Assembly: GCF_000019345.1 (NCBI RefSeq)
Contig: NC_010503.1
Location: 600,001 to 632,000, forward strand
DNA: 32,000 nt
Reading direction: 5' to 3'
Origin: Ureaplasma parvum serovar 3 str. ATCC 27815
GTDB taxonomy: Bacteria; Bacillota_I; Bacilli_A; Mycoplasmatales; Mycoplasmoidaceae
Below, one piece after another: positions 21,870-32,000 of the stretch (within the stretch, counting starts at the first letter, position 1; each line of letters begins with the position of its first letter). Position numbers and translations under genes: made by a program. The notes under the pieces are model-generated. The model was not told where the DNA came from, searched no databases, and saw nothing but the letters and a program-made list of their open reading frames with translations.

Positions 21870-23001
21870 TTCACCAAACATTAATTATTATTTACAAGAT
21901 AAAAAATATATTCCAAAATATGCTTACTATGTTAATAAAAAACAAAAACCTATCGAGCTATTTGCACGATATAAAGGACGTCCTGCTCTTTTTATTCGTG
22001 AAAATACCATGATTAATACTTCATTAAATTCAAATGTATTAAATTTAGACTTTGAATTTGAAGTTGCAGGAGATTTTAAATTACCTATTAATTACTTTTT
22101 TATGGATATAAAAAGTGATATAGGTGAATTTCGTAATTTAGAAGTTTATGAAACTAAACACTCTTTGTATGAAATCGGAGGAGTGATTTATGACTTATAC
22201 ACTTATAAAACCAATTTAAAAATTAATCTTAATCAAGCTGGTTTTGTTAATAAGAACACTTTAAGTAAAAAAATTAATTTTGCTTTTTTTCTTCGTATTA
22301 ATGATGATAAACGAATTCATGAACAAATTAATTATACATGTGAAAAAAGTTTGTTTTTTGAGGCAGTACAAAAAGAATTTCAAGATCTTAATTTTGATTA
22401 TTTTTACAAAAATACATTTTTATTAAATAAACACGAAAAAGTTAATCCTACTAATTTTTGAGAAACAATTCCATTATTTTGAATTCAAGATAAAGAACTT
22501 GATAATGAAATAAAAATCAAAAATAATAAGCGTTATATATTTAATACAAAATTTAGTTTAAATGATGATAATTCATGAAATAATCGTCCTACGAAAGAAA
22601 CGTTTGAATTGATTAAATACTCCTTAGAATACGTAAATTTAGCTAAAGAAAATAAAAAAATTGAATGAATTGAAGATTATCAAAATATTAATATTACATA
22701 TGATTATTACCAAAGACCTATTGATTTTTTATTAAAAATGAAAACAAAATTCTTGTATGATTTTAAAAACGATCAATTATCTATTAATAATAATTATGGT
22801 TTTAATGGTATTTGATTACCAAATAAACAAATAGCAAAATTAAAAATTACAGTTATTAATAATTATCTAACACCACAAAAATTTGTAATTAATCAATTAA
22901 TTAACATCGAAAATGATTTTAATTCTATCAATAAACAAAAAATTAGTGTACAGAAAGCAATAATTGAAAATTATGAAAATTTTAAATCACTTGAAAATTA
23001 A
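21859..23001 (+). CDS. Hypothetical soluble protein (~380 aa) with no recognisable motif.
   Basis: Track ORF 21838-22461 continues in frame through TGA codons to TAA at 22999-23001. The ATG at 21859 has a GAAGGTGA Shine-Dalgarno sequence and overlaps the upstream stop. The ATG at 21838 is an alternative start. Confidence 0.7.
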
Positions 23002-23833
23002 TTGGCGTAGTCATAAAATAAAGGTGATTGTTGGTGGAATTATTAGTTTATTAATTGTAATTACTGCTATTATTTTAGGTGTTATTCTATCAACTCAAAA
23101 TACAAATAAAATTAGTAAAAAAGAACCCTTAACTCAAATTGAAGATAATATTAATAATAAAAAACAAGATGCACATAAGGTTAATGAAAATATAACAATT
23201 ATTGATAAAAAAGGTGGTATAATCCATAAAAAGACAGACATTACAAAAATTAACCAAATAAATCAACAAAAAGAAATTTTAAAGGATTATTTAAAAAATA
23301 AAGAAGAAAAAAATAAGGATCAAATAAATAATACTAACGAAAATCTAAATAAACCAATAATTAATGTTAAAAATGTAGATGATAAAAACAAACAAGAAAA
23401 TTCAACTAAATTAAAAAATAATGATTTTATTTCTAATAATGATAAAAACAATAAAATCAACGAAAATAATAATATAAGTTATGAAGAAAAACCTTTTAAA
23501 CTAAAACGCTTCAATATTATTAATGTAATTGCGAAAAATAAAGATTTATACCAATTATTAGATTTCAAAACTTATTTTTCTAATGAAAACATTAATAATG
23601 ATATTAAATTTAATGAAAAGTTGTTTATTAAAAATATCTATGAAATAGTCAAATCTGCTATAAGTAGTTTTCAAGAATTTTGTAATATCATGCAGTATAT
23701 TAAAATTGATATCAAATATAAATTTAATAAAGATGCAAAAAACATAATTGTTATTGCTAATTGATTATTCGATAATTATAATATTAAAAATGAAACAAGA
23801 TATTATGAAGAGTTTGTTTTAAGTATTAATTAA
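22973..23833 (+). CDS. Hypothetical single-pass membrane protein (~286 aa) with a K/N-rich linker.
   Basis: Track ORF 22964-23764 is extended through TGA to TAA at 23831-23833. The start is ATG 22973 (or TTG 22964). The TM segment is KVIVGGIISLLIVITAIILGVIL. The 5' end overlaps the preceding gene by 29 nt. Confidence 0.7.
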
Positions 23834-23849
23834 AAGAAAGATTAATTAT

Positions 23850-24083
23850 ATGTCTATTAATATTAAAGATTTAATCATGAAAATCGCTAAGGAAAATAAA
23901 ATTGCTTTAAATATGGATAATTTAAATATCGAATTAAAATCATTAGGAATTGATTCGCTAAGTGCTATGAATTTAATAATGAAAATTGAGGATCAAATTG
24001 GCGTTCAATTGCCTGATGAAAAATTATTAAAAATCAAAAATTTACGTGATTTAATTAACGCGTTTGAAGATGTATTAAAATAA
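23850..24083 (+). CDS. acpP: Acyl carrier protein (77 aa).
   Basis: SLGIDSLSAMNLIMKIEDQIG contains the G-x-D-S-L phosphopantetheine attachment motif in the usual helix-2 context. The size is typical of ACP. Confidence 0.8.
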   Translation: MSINIKDLIMKIAKENKIALNMDNLNIELKSLGIDSLSAMNLIMKIEDQIGVQLPDEKLLKIKNLRDLINAFEDVLK

Positions 24084-24146
24084 TTTAAGTATTAATAAAA
24101 AATTTAGTATAATATTTAAATGTATGAATTTATTAATACATTTATT

Positions 24147-24221
24147 AGGGGTATAGTTCAATGGTAGAACTGCGGACTTCAAATCCGCGTGTTGTGGGTT
24201 CGAGTCCTGCTACCCCTGCCA
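24147..24221 (+). tRNA. tRNA-Trp (TCA), which decodes UGA and UGG.
   Basis: AGGGGTATAGTTCAATGGTAGAACTGCGGACTTCAAATCCGCGTGTTGTGGGTTCGAGTCCTGCTACCCCTGCCA has stem GCGGA/TCCGC and loop CTTCAAA. The overall sequence resembles Bacillus tRNA-Trp. Confidence 0.92.
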
Positions 24222-24233
24222 TATAATAACAAC

Positions 24234-24266
24234 AGGACTGACACTTTTTGTATCAGTCCTTTTTTG
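24234..24266 (+). terminator. Intrinsic terminator after tRNA-Trp.
   Basis: AGGACTGA-cactttttgta-TCAGTCCT is an 8-bp stem followed by TTTTTG. Confidence 0.7.
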
Positions 24267-25137
24267 TTTTTGAAAAAAATTTTATTTATTAATTTGATAA
24301 AATTATATTTTCAAACTATCCAATAAATGTTTCTAATACAATCGAACATAAGCAATCAATAAAATTCACATAAGTTGTTTTTGTAAGACGAGTAGTTAAA
24401 CAATTAATAGAAGTATTAAAGTTCACAAAATAACATAAAAAAAGTATTTTTTTACTTGAATATAATCTTAATTTATAGACCATAGCTAATTATTATATTT
24501 ATAGTTTTAATAGGTGATAGTTTTCTTGATTTAATAGTTGCTAATTGCATAGAAAATTTAATTAACCAACCAACTTTACCATTTAGAGAAAAGTCAGTGA
24601 CATATAAAATAAGTATCAAATTGAAGTTAGCCTAAAAAATCAATCATTTGGAATTGAAACTGAATTTAATTCAACACCTTCACCAGTTATCTCTTATGGC
24701 ACAATCATATTATATGCTGTATCGTTATATTTTTACTACATTAAACAACTAAATAAAACAAAACTTCAATTAACATATCAAGATATTTGAACCTCCAGCG
24801 AGATTTTTTTTAACTTTTTGTTGATCATATAGGTAATCTTTAAAAATATCTCTTAATTAAGATAAAAATGTTTTTGTCAAAATGTGACCAATAACGATAC
24901 TAACATCTTTTAATTTAATTGTTTATTGTTTCATATTATCCTCAATATATCTAGAGTAAATATTTTACCTTTATTCTGAATATTAAAAAAGAGTCAAATA
25001 TTTGTATTTTTATCCAATTAAATCTTTTTTAGCATCTTCTGATCAAACAAAAACTTCTAAACTTTATTATACAAAAAAAACAACATAACCTCTTCTTCTA
25101 CAAAATTATACGTAGACACTCGTAAATTATGATACAA

Positions 25138-25171
25138 ATAAAAAAGAAGCGAATTAAATTCACTTCTTTTT
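25138..25171 (-). terminator. Hairpin terminator downstream of pepA.
   Basis: The plus strand reads AGAAGCGAAT-taa-ATTCACTTCT (one C/A mismatch) flanked by an A-run and a T-run. It lies 18 nt past the pepA stop. Confidence 0.6.
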
Positions 25172-25188
25172 CTTTATCTAAATTTAAA

Positions 25189-26556
25189 CTAATTAAATTT
25201 TTGATTTTGAGCAATACGATAAAATGTTCTTAACATTACACCAGTTCCTTTATGACCAACATCTGCAGTAATAGCAATGTCAAAATGAGCATATGGAACG
25301 CCTTCAGTAAATTCTTTTAAGAAACATGCTGCACGTGAAGAACCACCACGAGGATCAGATACTGAGTTAGCAATATCAGCAACATTTGAATTTAACATTT
25401 TTAAGAAATCATTGTGGAATGGTAATCTTCAAACTAATTCACCAGCATAATCAGCTGCTACAACTACTTCATTTCAGATGTCGTTATTTGTTGCTCATAC
25501 ACCAGAATATGTATCACCTAAAGCATAAATCATAGCACCTGTTAAAGTTGCAACATCAAATAATTTAGAAGCTTTTAAATCACGAACAGCATATGTTAGT
25601 GCATCTGCTAAAATTAAACGTCCTTCTGCATCAGTGTTATCTAATTCAATTGTTTTACCATTATATGATTTCACTATATCATCTGGTTTTTGACCTTCTG
25701 GAGCTAATAAATTTAATACTAATGGACATACAGCCACAACATTAACTTTTTCTTTATTTAAAGCTAAAGCTCTCACTGTCATACTTACAATAGCAGAACC
25801 AGACATATCAAATTTCATTCAACGCATATGTGATCCCGTTTTTACATTATATCCACCTGAATCAAAACATACACCCTTACCAACAAAAGCATATTTTTCA
25901 TTTGTTTCTGGATTATTATTATATTCAACAACAACTAAACGAGGCTGTGCTTTATCACTTACTGCAGCTTTACCAACACCAACATGAGCGTTCATTCCTT
26001 TAGCTTCTAAATCTTTACGATATAAAACACTTACTTTAACTTCTGGCAAGTCTTTAAATAATTCTTTAATTCGTTCTTCAAAATCACCTGGTGTCATTAA
26101 ATTAGCTGGCGTATCTTGTAATGTTCTTGTAATTGTTTGTGATTGAGCAATTACATGTAATTTATTAATTAAATCATGATATTTTTGATCAACTACTAAA
26201 TTATGTATATTTTTTGTTTCAATTTTAGATTTTAGTGAAAATGGCGTTACTTCAACATATTCTAATGCACTAATAACAACATTTAATAAAGATGCATGTC
26301 TTGATTCTGGGACAAGTGATAGAAATGAATTTAAATCAACACTAACAGATTTAGGTGATTTTTCTAAAAAACTAATCAATGATCTTGATAGTTCATTAGA
26401 ATCAAAATCTGGTGTTAAAATTAAGTATTGTTGTTTTTGATATAAACCTCCAAAAACAACATGTTCAGTTGTATTTTCTTCAAAACCTTTTAGGTTGTGA
26501 TTTTTTTCAACAGCTTTTAATTCATAAACAAATTCTTTTTTTTCATTTAATGTCAT
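25189..26556 (-). CDS. pepA: Leucyl (M17 cytosol) aminopeptidase, 455 aa.
   Basis: Track ORFs 25189-25398, 25495-25818 and 25819-26556 are in the same frame. Motifs are VGKGVCFDSGGYNVK, MRWMKFDMSGSA (W = TGA) and the NTDAEGRL signature. Confidence 0.93.
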
Positions 26557-26668
26557 AAAATTCCGTTCCTTCTTTAATATTGATAGTTTTAATTTTAATA
26601 TTCTTATATTATTATAATGCTTTTATCTAAATTATGTGCCTTGTTAGTTTTAATATAAACAAATATAA

Positions 26669-28972
26669 TTATTTATTAAAAAAATTTTGGGTTCTTGATG
26701 TTAATCTTGTTTCATGACGATATTCATCAATATCATAATCAGCACTATTGATTTCATTAATAATATTAGCAAACTGTTCATTTGTAATTTTTGCTGTTTG
26801 CAATCGTAGTGGCAAATTATCAAAATTGCGAATTAATAACATATCCCCAAAACCAACCAAATTATTACATCAATTACGATCAGTTAATAAAATACTTTCA
26901 TACGGATTATTTAATTTTAATACAATGGTATAATCAAATACATTTTTAAAAGAAACTGTGCTTTCGTTAGTTATATTTGATGAAATTATTAAAACGATTC
27001 CGTGTTTTTTAGCAATATTTGCTATATTGCGAATTAAGGTATCAAAACGTGTATTAAATTGACTACTTACTATCTCAACATATTCAGAAATAATGATTAA
27101 TTTTTTAGGTAATTTTTGATTTTGATTTTTTAGATTATATTCATCTAAATTATCAACATTATTATCAGCAAATAATGTATTTTGCTTGTTAATATCATTC
27201 ATAATTTCCCTTAATAAATTAATAACATTTTCAAAATCATCATGATCAACGCTTTTTTTTGTATGCTTTAATTTAGCAAATTCTTTTAATGATTTTGAAC
27301 CATTATTAATAATAAATAATTCTAATTCATTAGGTGATTTAGTATATAAAGCACTAATAATAATGTTAGAAATTAACATTGATTTTCCAGAAAATTGTTG
27401 ACTACCATGAATTAAAATACTTCCAGCTTGTGTATCTTCTAATCAAACTACTTTTCTTTCTTTTAATTTTCCAATTCCTAAACATAATTTATCATTGTAT
27501 TCTAAATTAGTTAGAATATCTTTAATATTAATTTGAGGATTTAAATCTTTGACTTTGGCTTGAATGATTAAAAAGTCATTGTCATTATAAATATTGATTT
27601 CATAATCATCTGTATCATTAACTGCTTGTTTCATTAAATTTAAAAAATTTTTTAAAAAATTGTTTAATGATGAACGAGTAAACTGATAAACAATTTCAAC
27701 ATTTGAAAAATAAGGATTAATTGCATTAAAATGATATTCTAATTGGTTATTTTCTAAAAATTTATCGATAATTAATTTTAAATTTTCACCTTTTGATTTA
27801 AGTTCATGCAAATAATCTTGACTTTTGCCATCTATAATATCAATTCGTGGATAAAAATTGTACTTGTTATTCTTGATTGTTGATGGATTTTCTCGGAATT
27901 GGTTAATATCATTAACAATTGGTTCTAAAATAGTGGTTTTTAGTTTATCATTTTTTGTGATACATGAAGAATTAGTTTGCCGATCATTAAAATTTTTAAT
28001 TTGTAAATTTTGTTCTTGGATAACTTCTTTTTGCTCCAATTGTTTATCAATATTGTGGTGATCTTCACCAAGTTTTTCTTCGAAAAAGTTTTGTTCACTT
28101 AATTGATAATCTTTTTTGTGATAGTTATTGATATTAGTGATTATTTTATTAACTAATCATTTTTTGAATTTTAATCCTAAATGACTTTTCGTGCCAAAAG
28201 TGATTAGAATAAAAGAAATAAGAACTAAAACCATAAACATAATTACAATAGTAAAAATTCAAGCATTAGCACGATATAAATCTAAATTAGCATATCCTAT
28301 AATTCCACCATAAGCAAAAACACTAGTATAATAATAATGTTTTTCATCAATCGCTTTTAAAAATTCTTGCGATCAGCTATAAGCTCACCACTCACATAAA
28401 TGTAATTTTTTTGAGTGTAAATTTACTAAACTAATATATTCGAAATTATCTTTATGTAAATTAAGTATTTCCTTATTAATCATTTGTTGATTTGTATTAA
28501 TAATGAATTTATAAGTTAATGAATTTGTGATAATTCCATAACCAACTGCACCAATAATTAAAGCAAATAAAATTAGTGTAATAATATAAAAAACAATCAT
28601 TCATTTACTAAATAAACGCCTTCTGACTTTTTTAATATAAAAAACAATTAAAAATAATAATAAAATTACATAAACATAGTATTTAACTCATCCAAAAAAA
28701 AATTCTAAAACATTGTCTAAAATCGCTCCTGTATATGGGGCTTTTAAAAAAGCAAGTATTAAAATTAAAAAGCTTAATATAAAAAAACAAATTCCAATAA
28801 GCTTTTTTTTATTAAAAAAATAATTTTTTTGAACTTTGAATTTTTTTGTCTTTAAATTGCTTTTTTCTTGTTCTTTTCCGTTTGATTCTGTTTTTTGTGC
28901 ATCTAGTTGATTGTCATAACTATAAAAACTAATTGTTTCCTTATTTAATGTGTTTTTATTGTCACTAACCAT
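26669..28972 (-). CDS. FtsK/SpoIIIE-family membrane protein (767 aa) with non-canonical ATPase motifs and no gamma domain.
   Basis: Five track ORFs (26669-26860, 26870-27379, 27443-28039, 28385-28600, 28688-28972) share one frame. Hydrophobic segments lie in the N-terminal third. The motor region aligns by eye to SpoIIIE: ILIHGSQQFSGKS (P-loop), LPKKLIIISEYVEIV (Walker B position), GIVLIISSNITN (TQRP position) and VGFGDMLL (GRGDML). Confidence 0.8.
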
Positions 28973-28988
28973 ACATTACCTCTAAAAA

Positions 28989-30659
28989 TTATTTTGTTTT
29001 ATAACAGTCAACTACTGTTGGCAAAACTAATGGACGCTTATTAAATTTCTTTTCAAATAATTTAGTTAATAAACGTTTTAAATTTGCTTTGGTATCTTTT
29101 AGTATTAAGCGTTTACGTTCATCATAAACTAAACATTCACCCATACGTTTTTTAAATGTTTCTTCAATTTCTTTAATTTGAGCGTCATTATTAACAACTC
29201 CACAATAATCAAATTCAACATAATTAAATAGTTTTTGGAATTGTTTATCAAAAATAACAATTAAATTAATAACACCATTCTCGCCCATTTGTGATCGTTC
29301 AAATAAAATATTAGCACCAACATCAAGTGCATCAAAAGATGAAATATATTTATCTTCTAACTCAATAATTTGGGGTTTAGGATTTAAAACTTTATCTTCT
29401 ATAGTGAATAATTCGCCATTAGAAACACTAATAATCTGATCACTTTTAATTCAAGATGTTGTAACTGTAGAACTAAATTTAACCTCAGTTTTATATAATC
29501 CATTAATTGGAATTAAAAATTTTGGTTGTAAAAAATTAATTAGATGTTTTAAATCTTCATCAGATTGTGTCATTGGTAAAACTGTTTTAGGTAATGCTTT
29601 ATAAGGAATGTCTAAACGACCTACTTCATCACTTAGTTCAGCTGCTAACATTTCAAAACCTGGTGTAATAACAACGCCTAATATTAGTTGATCATCAGAA
29701 GACAAATTAACATATTTATCTTCGTTATGTAGAATTTTATTTAATTTTGAAAAAAGAGTATCTTGATTTTCAATTACCACAATAATTGCATTTTTTGAAT
29801 TATTAATTTCAGAAACCGGTAAAGAAATTAAATTTTTACTATTAAATAATTTCAATTTCAATACACCAATAAAAGTGTTAATGAAGTTATTACTATAAAC
29901 AATAAAGGGGCGATTTTGTTGTTTTGCAATTGTTGCCAAAGTAAAAATACTATATGCATCATTGCTATAACAACCAACAATTAAACGATTTTTAGTATTT
30001 TGCAATGCAGCTTCATAAAAAGCCTTATTTTTATGATTGGGAGCAGTAAAATAAGGATTTCCTGCTTGACCCATTCCTACAATCAAAGCTAGAGTATTAT
30101 TTTTAGTAATGTTATTTAAAAGATTAATTTGTGAATCAAAGGTTTTATTTTTATCATTTGAAATAATAAACTCATCAACATAAACAATTGCTCCATCGCT
30201 TGTTTTTAATACAAATCCATATGAATGAGGCATTGAGTTTGAAACTTTAAAAGATGTAACATAAATTGATCCAATTTTCTTATCTGAAATTGGATCTAGC
30301 TCAATAATATTAGGTTCAATTTTTTTATTGTTTACTTTTTGTTCAAAAATTTTTTTAATAACAATTGCTCCTATTGGGCTTGTGTAAATTGGGATTTTAT
30401 AACCTACTTGTCCTAGTAATAATTTAATTCCCATAACATTATTAAATGTTGGTGTACCAATAAAAATTCCCTTAACGCGTTTTGCGTTTTTTTCTAAATA
30501 AGAATAATCACAAACAATCATATTTACGCCAAAAACATCACTTGTTGGAATTTTCGCACCAGCATTAAAAATAAAAATATCATCGTTCACTTCAAGAACA
30601 AAGCAAGATTTTCCTCTTTCATCTTGTCCTCCTAACGATAAAAAATTAATTTTAGCCAT
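28989..30659 (-). CDS. RNase J-family protein (556 aa) lacking the HxHxDH metal-binding motif.
   Basis: Track ORFs 28989-29288 and 29451-30659 are in the same frame. An AAGGAG Shine-Dalgarno sequence precedes the ATG at 30659. CDYSYLEKNAKRVKGIFIGTPTFNNVMGIKLLLGQV aligns with B. subtilis RNase J1 [35 protein letters not shown]. The length matches RNase J. Confidence 0.8.
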
Positions 30660-30798
30660 AAAGCTCCTTTATATATAAAAATGTAAAATAATATGTGTTT
30701 TAATCCTTAAATTATACTCTATTATATCTTATCGATATAAATATAAATTTTTTAAAAGAACATTATTTTCAACTAATTATTTAAAAGAGGTGATTATA

Positions 30799-32000
30799 AT
30801 GAAAATTGTTCAACAAACTTCTGATAATGAATGTGGTGTGTGTGTTATTAACATGTTAGCAAATTATTATCATAATAAAACAATTGATAAAAACATCATT
30901 CTTCAAAAAGCAAATTTAACAAAAAATGGTTTGAGTTTGCAAGAACTTGAAAACTTAGCAAATGAATTTAATTTAGATGCACAATCATTTGAATGTAGTT
31001 TTGAGGAGTTAATTGATGAAAAAATCAATGACTATTTTATAGCTTTAATTAACAAAAACGGTTTGAATCATTTTGTTATTGTTAAAAATTATAACAAAAA
31101 TTTTTTTCGTATTTATGATCCAGAAAATAAAATATATGAATTAAATAATGAAGAATTTAAAAAAATATTTTTAAATATAATTGTGCGTGTTTCTAAAAAT
31201 CATCAAATTTTTGACCTTCCCATATTTAAAGAATCTTATTTAAAAAATATTAAACTCTCATCGTTAATTATCATATTATTTATAGAGTTATTAAATATTC
31301 CTTTAAATATTTTTTTAAGTAAAATTGTAAACTTACTAATAGATTTAGTTTTAATTGACACACAAATTAAAAACTTAACATACTTATTTATTGTTTTTAG
31401 TTTATTTTATATTAGTAATGCTTTCAAAGATTTACTAATTACTATATACATAAATAAAATTAGTAATAATATTTTTTCTAATATTAATAATAAAATAGTT
31501 AATAATTTAGCTAATAAATCAATTATTTTTTTTAATAAAACAAATTTAGGTGAATTAAGCTCGATTCAGATTCATTTGAATAATATAATTCATTTTCTAT
31601 TAGTTAGTCGTATAAAATTATTAGTTAATACTTTATTTGCAATTTGTATTATTTGTTTATTAGGTTTACAAAATTGATCTTTATTATTAATAAGTTTAGG
31701 GTTTAGTTTGTTAAATTTTATAATAGGATTGATTAATTGAAAATATTTTAAAATCCACAGTTTAAAAATAATTAATATTGAAAACTCATTATTTATTAAA
31801 TATCAAAATTTTATTAAATTAATTAATCTCGAATACAATATCGATAAATATAATAACTATATTAATAGTTATAAAAAGCAATTTGATGAATTAATAATTT
31901 TTAAAAATAAAATTACTATTTTTAAATCGAATGTAAATTTTTATTTATCAATTATTAATAATATTGGTTTATTGATTTTATTAACTTATCTAATCATTAA
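30799..32000 (+). CDS. ABC exporter with an N-terminal C39 cysteine-peptidase domain (PCAT). The 3' end lies beyond the window.
   Basis: The ATG at 30799 follows AAGAGGTGA. MKIVQQTSDNECGVCVINMLANYY carries the Gln and Cys of the C39 active site. NHFVIV (His) and IYDP (Asp) lie further on. Hydrophobic TM helices start around residue 160. The frame stays open through TGA codons to the window end. Confidence 0.8.

Noticed and set aside
24267-25188. A structured ncRNA (RNase P RNA, tmRNA, SRP RNA or 6S) in the large gap.
   Set aside because: I saw no GC-enriched helices or recognisable conserved motifs. The region is as AT-rich as the surrounding spacer. It is kept only as a low-confidence gene-decay finding.
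26748-28061. Track ORFs 26748-26933 (+) and 27858-28061 (+).
   Set aside because: They are antisense shadow frames of the FtsK-like gene.
1-32000. CRISPR arrays, IS elements, integrases, ICE or prophage genes, and rRNA.
   Set aside because: I found no regularly spaced direct repeats, no transposase- or integrase-like translations, no long terminal inverted repeats and no rRNA-like GC-rich segments on reading both strands.

Overview
This is a very AT-rich Mollicutes (Mycoplasma-type) chromosomal segment that has to be read with genetic code 4 (UGA = Trp). The supplied ORF track treats UGA as a stop, so it splits almost every real gene. Re-joining same-frame fragments gives the layout below.

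- **1-11358 (-):** one giant gene of at least 3,786 codons that runs off the left edge. It encodes an N-terminally anchored surface protein made of recurring ~100-aa beta-sandwich-like modules.
- **11359-11585:** a 227-bp divergent intergenic region containing an A18 homopolymer.
- **11586-12719 (+):** a small putative lipoprotein built from the same module type.
- **12818-15383:** rpsD (-) and a 563-aa membrane-anchored protein with EzrA-like topology (+).
- **15431-16320 (-):** a nine-gene tRNA cluster, Cys-Arg-Pro-Met-Ile(CAU)-Ser-fMet-Asp-Phe.
- **16441-21252 (-):** a tightly packed operon of GT2 glycosyltransferase, RDD membrane protein, PcrA/UvrD helicase and YmdB-like phosphoesterase.
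- **21339-21568 (-):** two tandem tRNA-Arg genes.
- **21666-24083 (+):** an uncharacterised cassette of three overlapping genes plus an acyl carrier protein.
- **24147-24221 (+):** tRNA-Trp(UCA).
- **24267-25188:** about 0.9 kb with no intact gene.
- **25189-26556 (-):** pepA.
- **26669-30659 (-):** an operon of an RNase J-like and an FtsK/SpoIIIE-like protein, both with eroded catalytic motifs.
- **30799-32000 (+):** the 5' part of a C39-peptidase ABC exporter (PCAT).

No rRNA, CRISPR array, transposase or integrase was seen. The most notable items are the giant modular surface protein locus with its mini-paralog and homopolymer tract, the pair of degenerate enzyme paralogs, the PCAT, and the unknown cassette next to the ACP.
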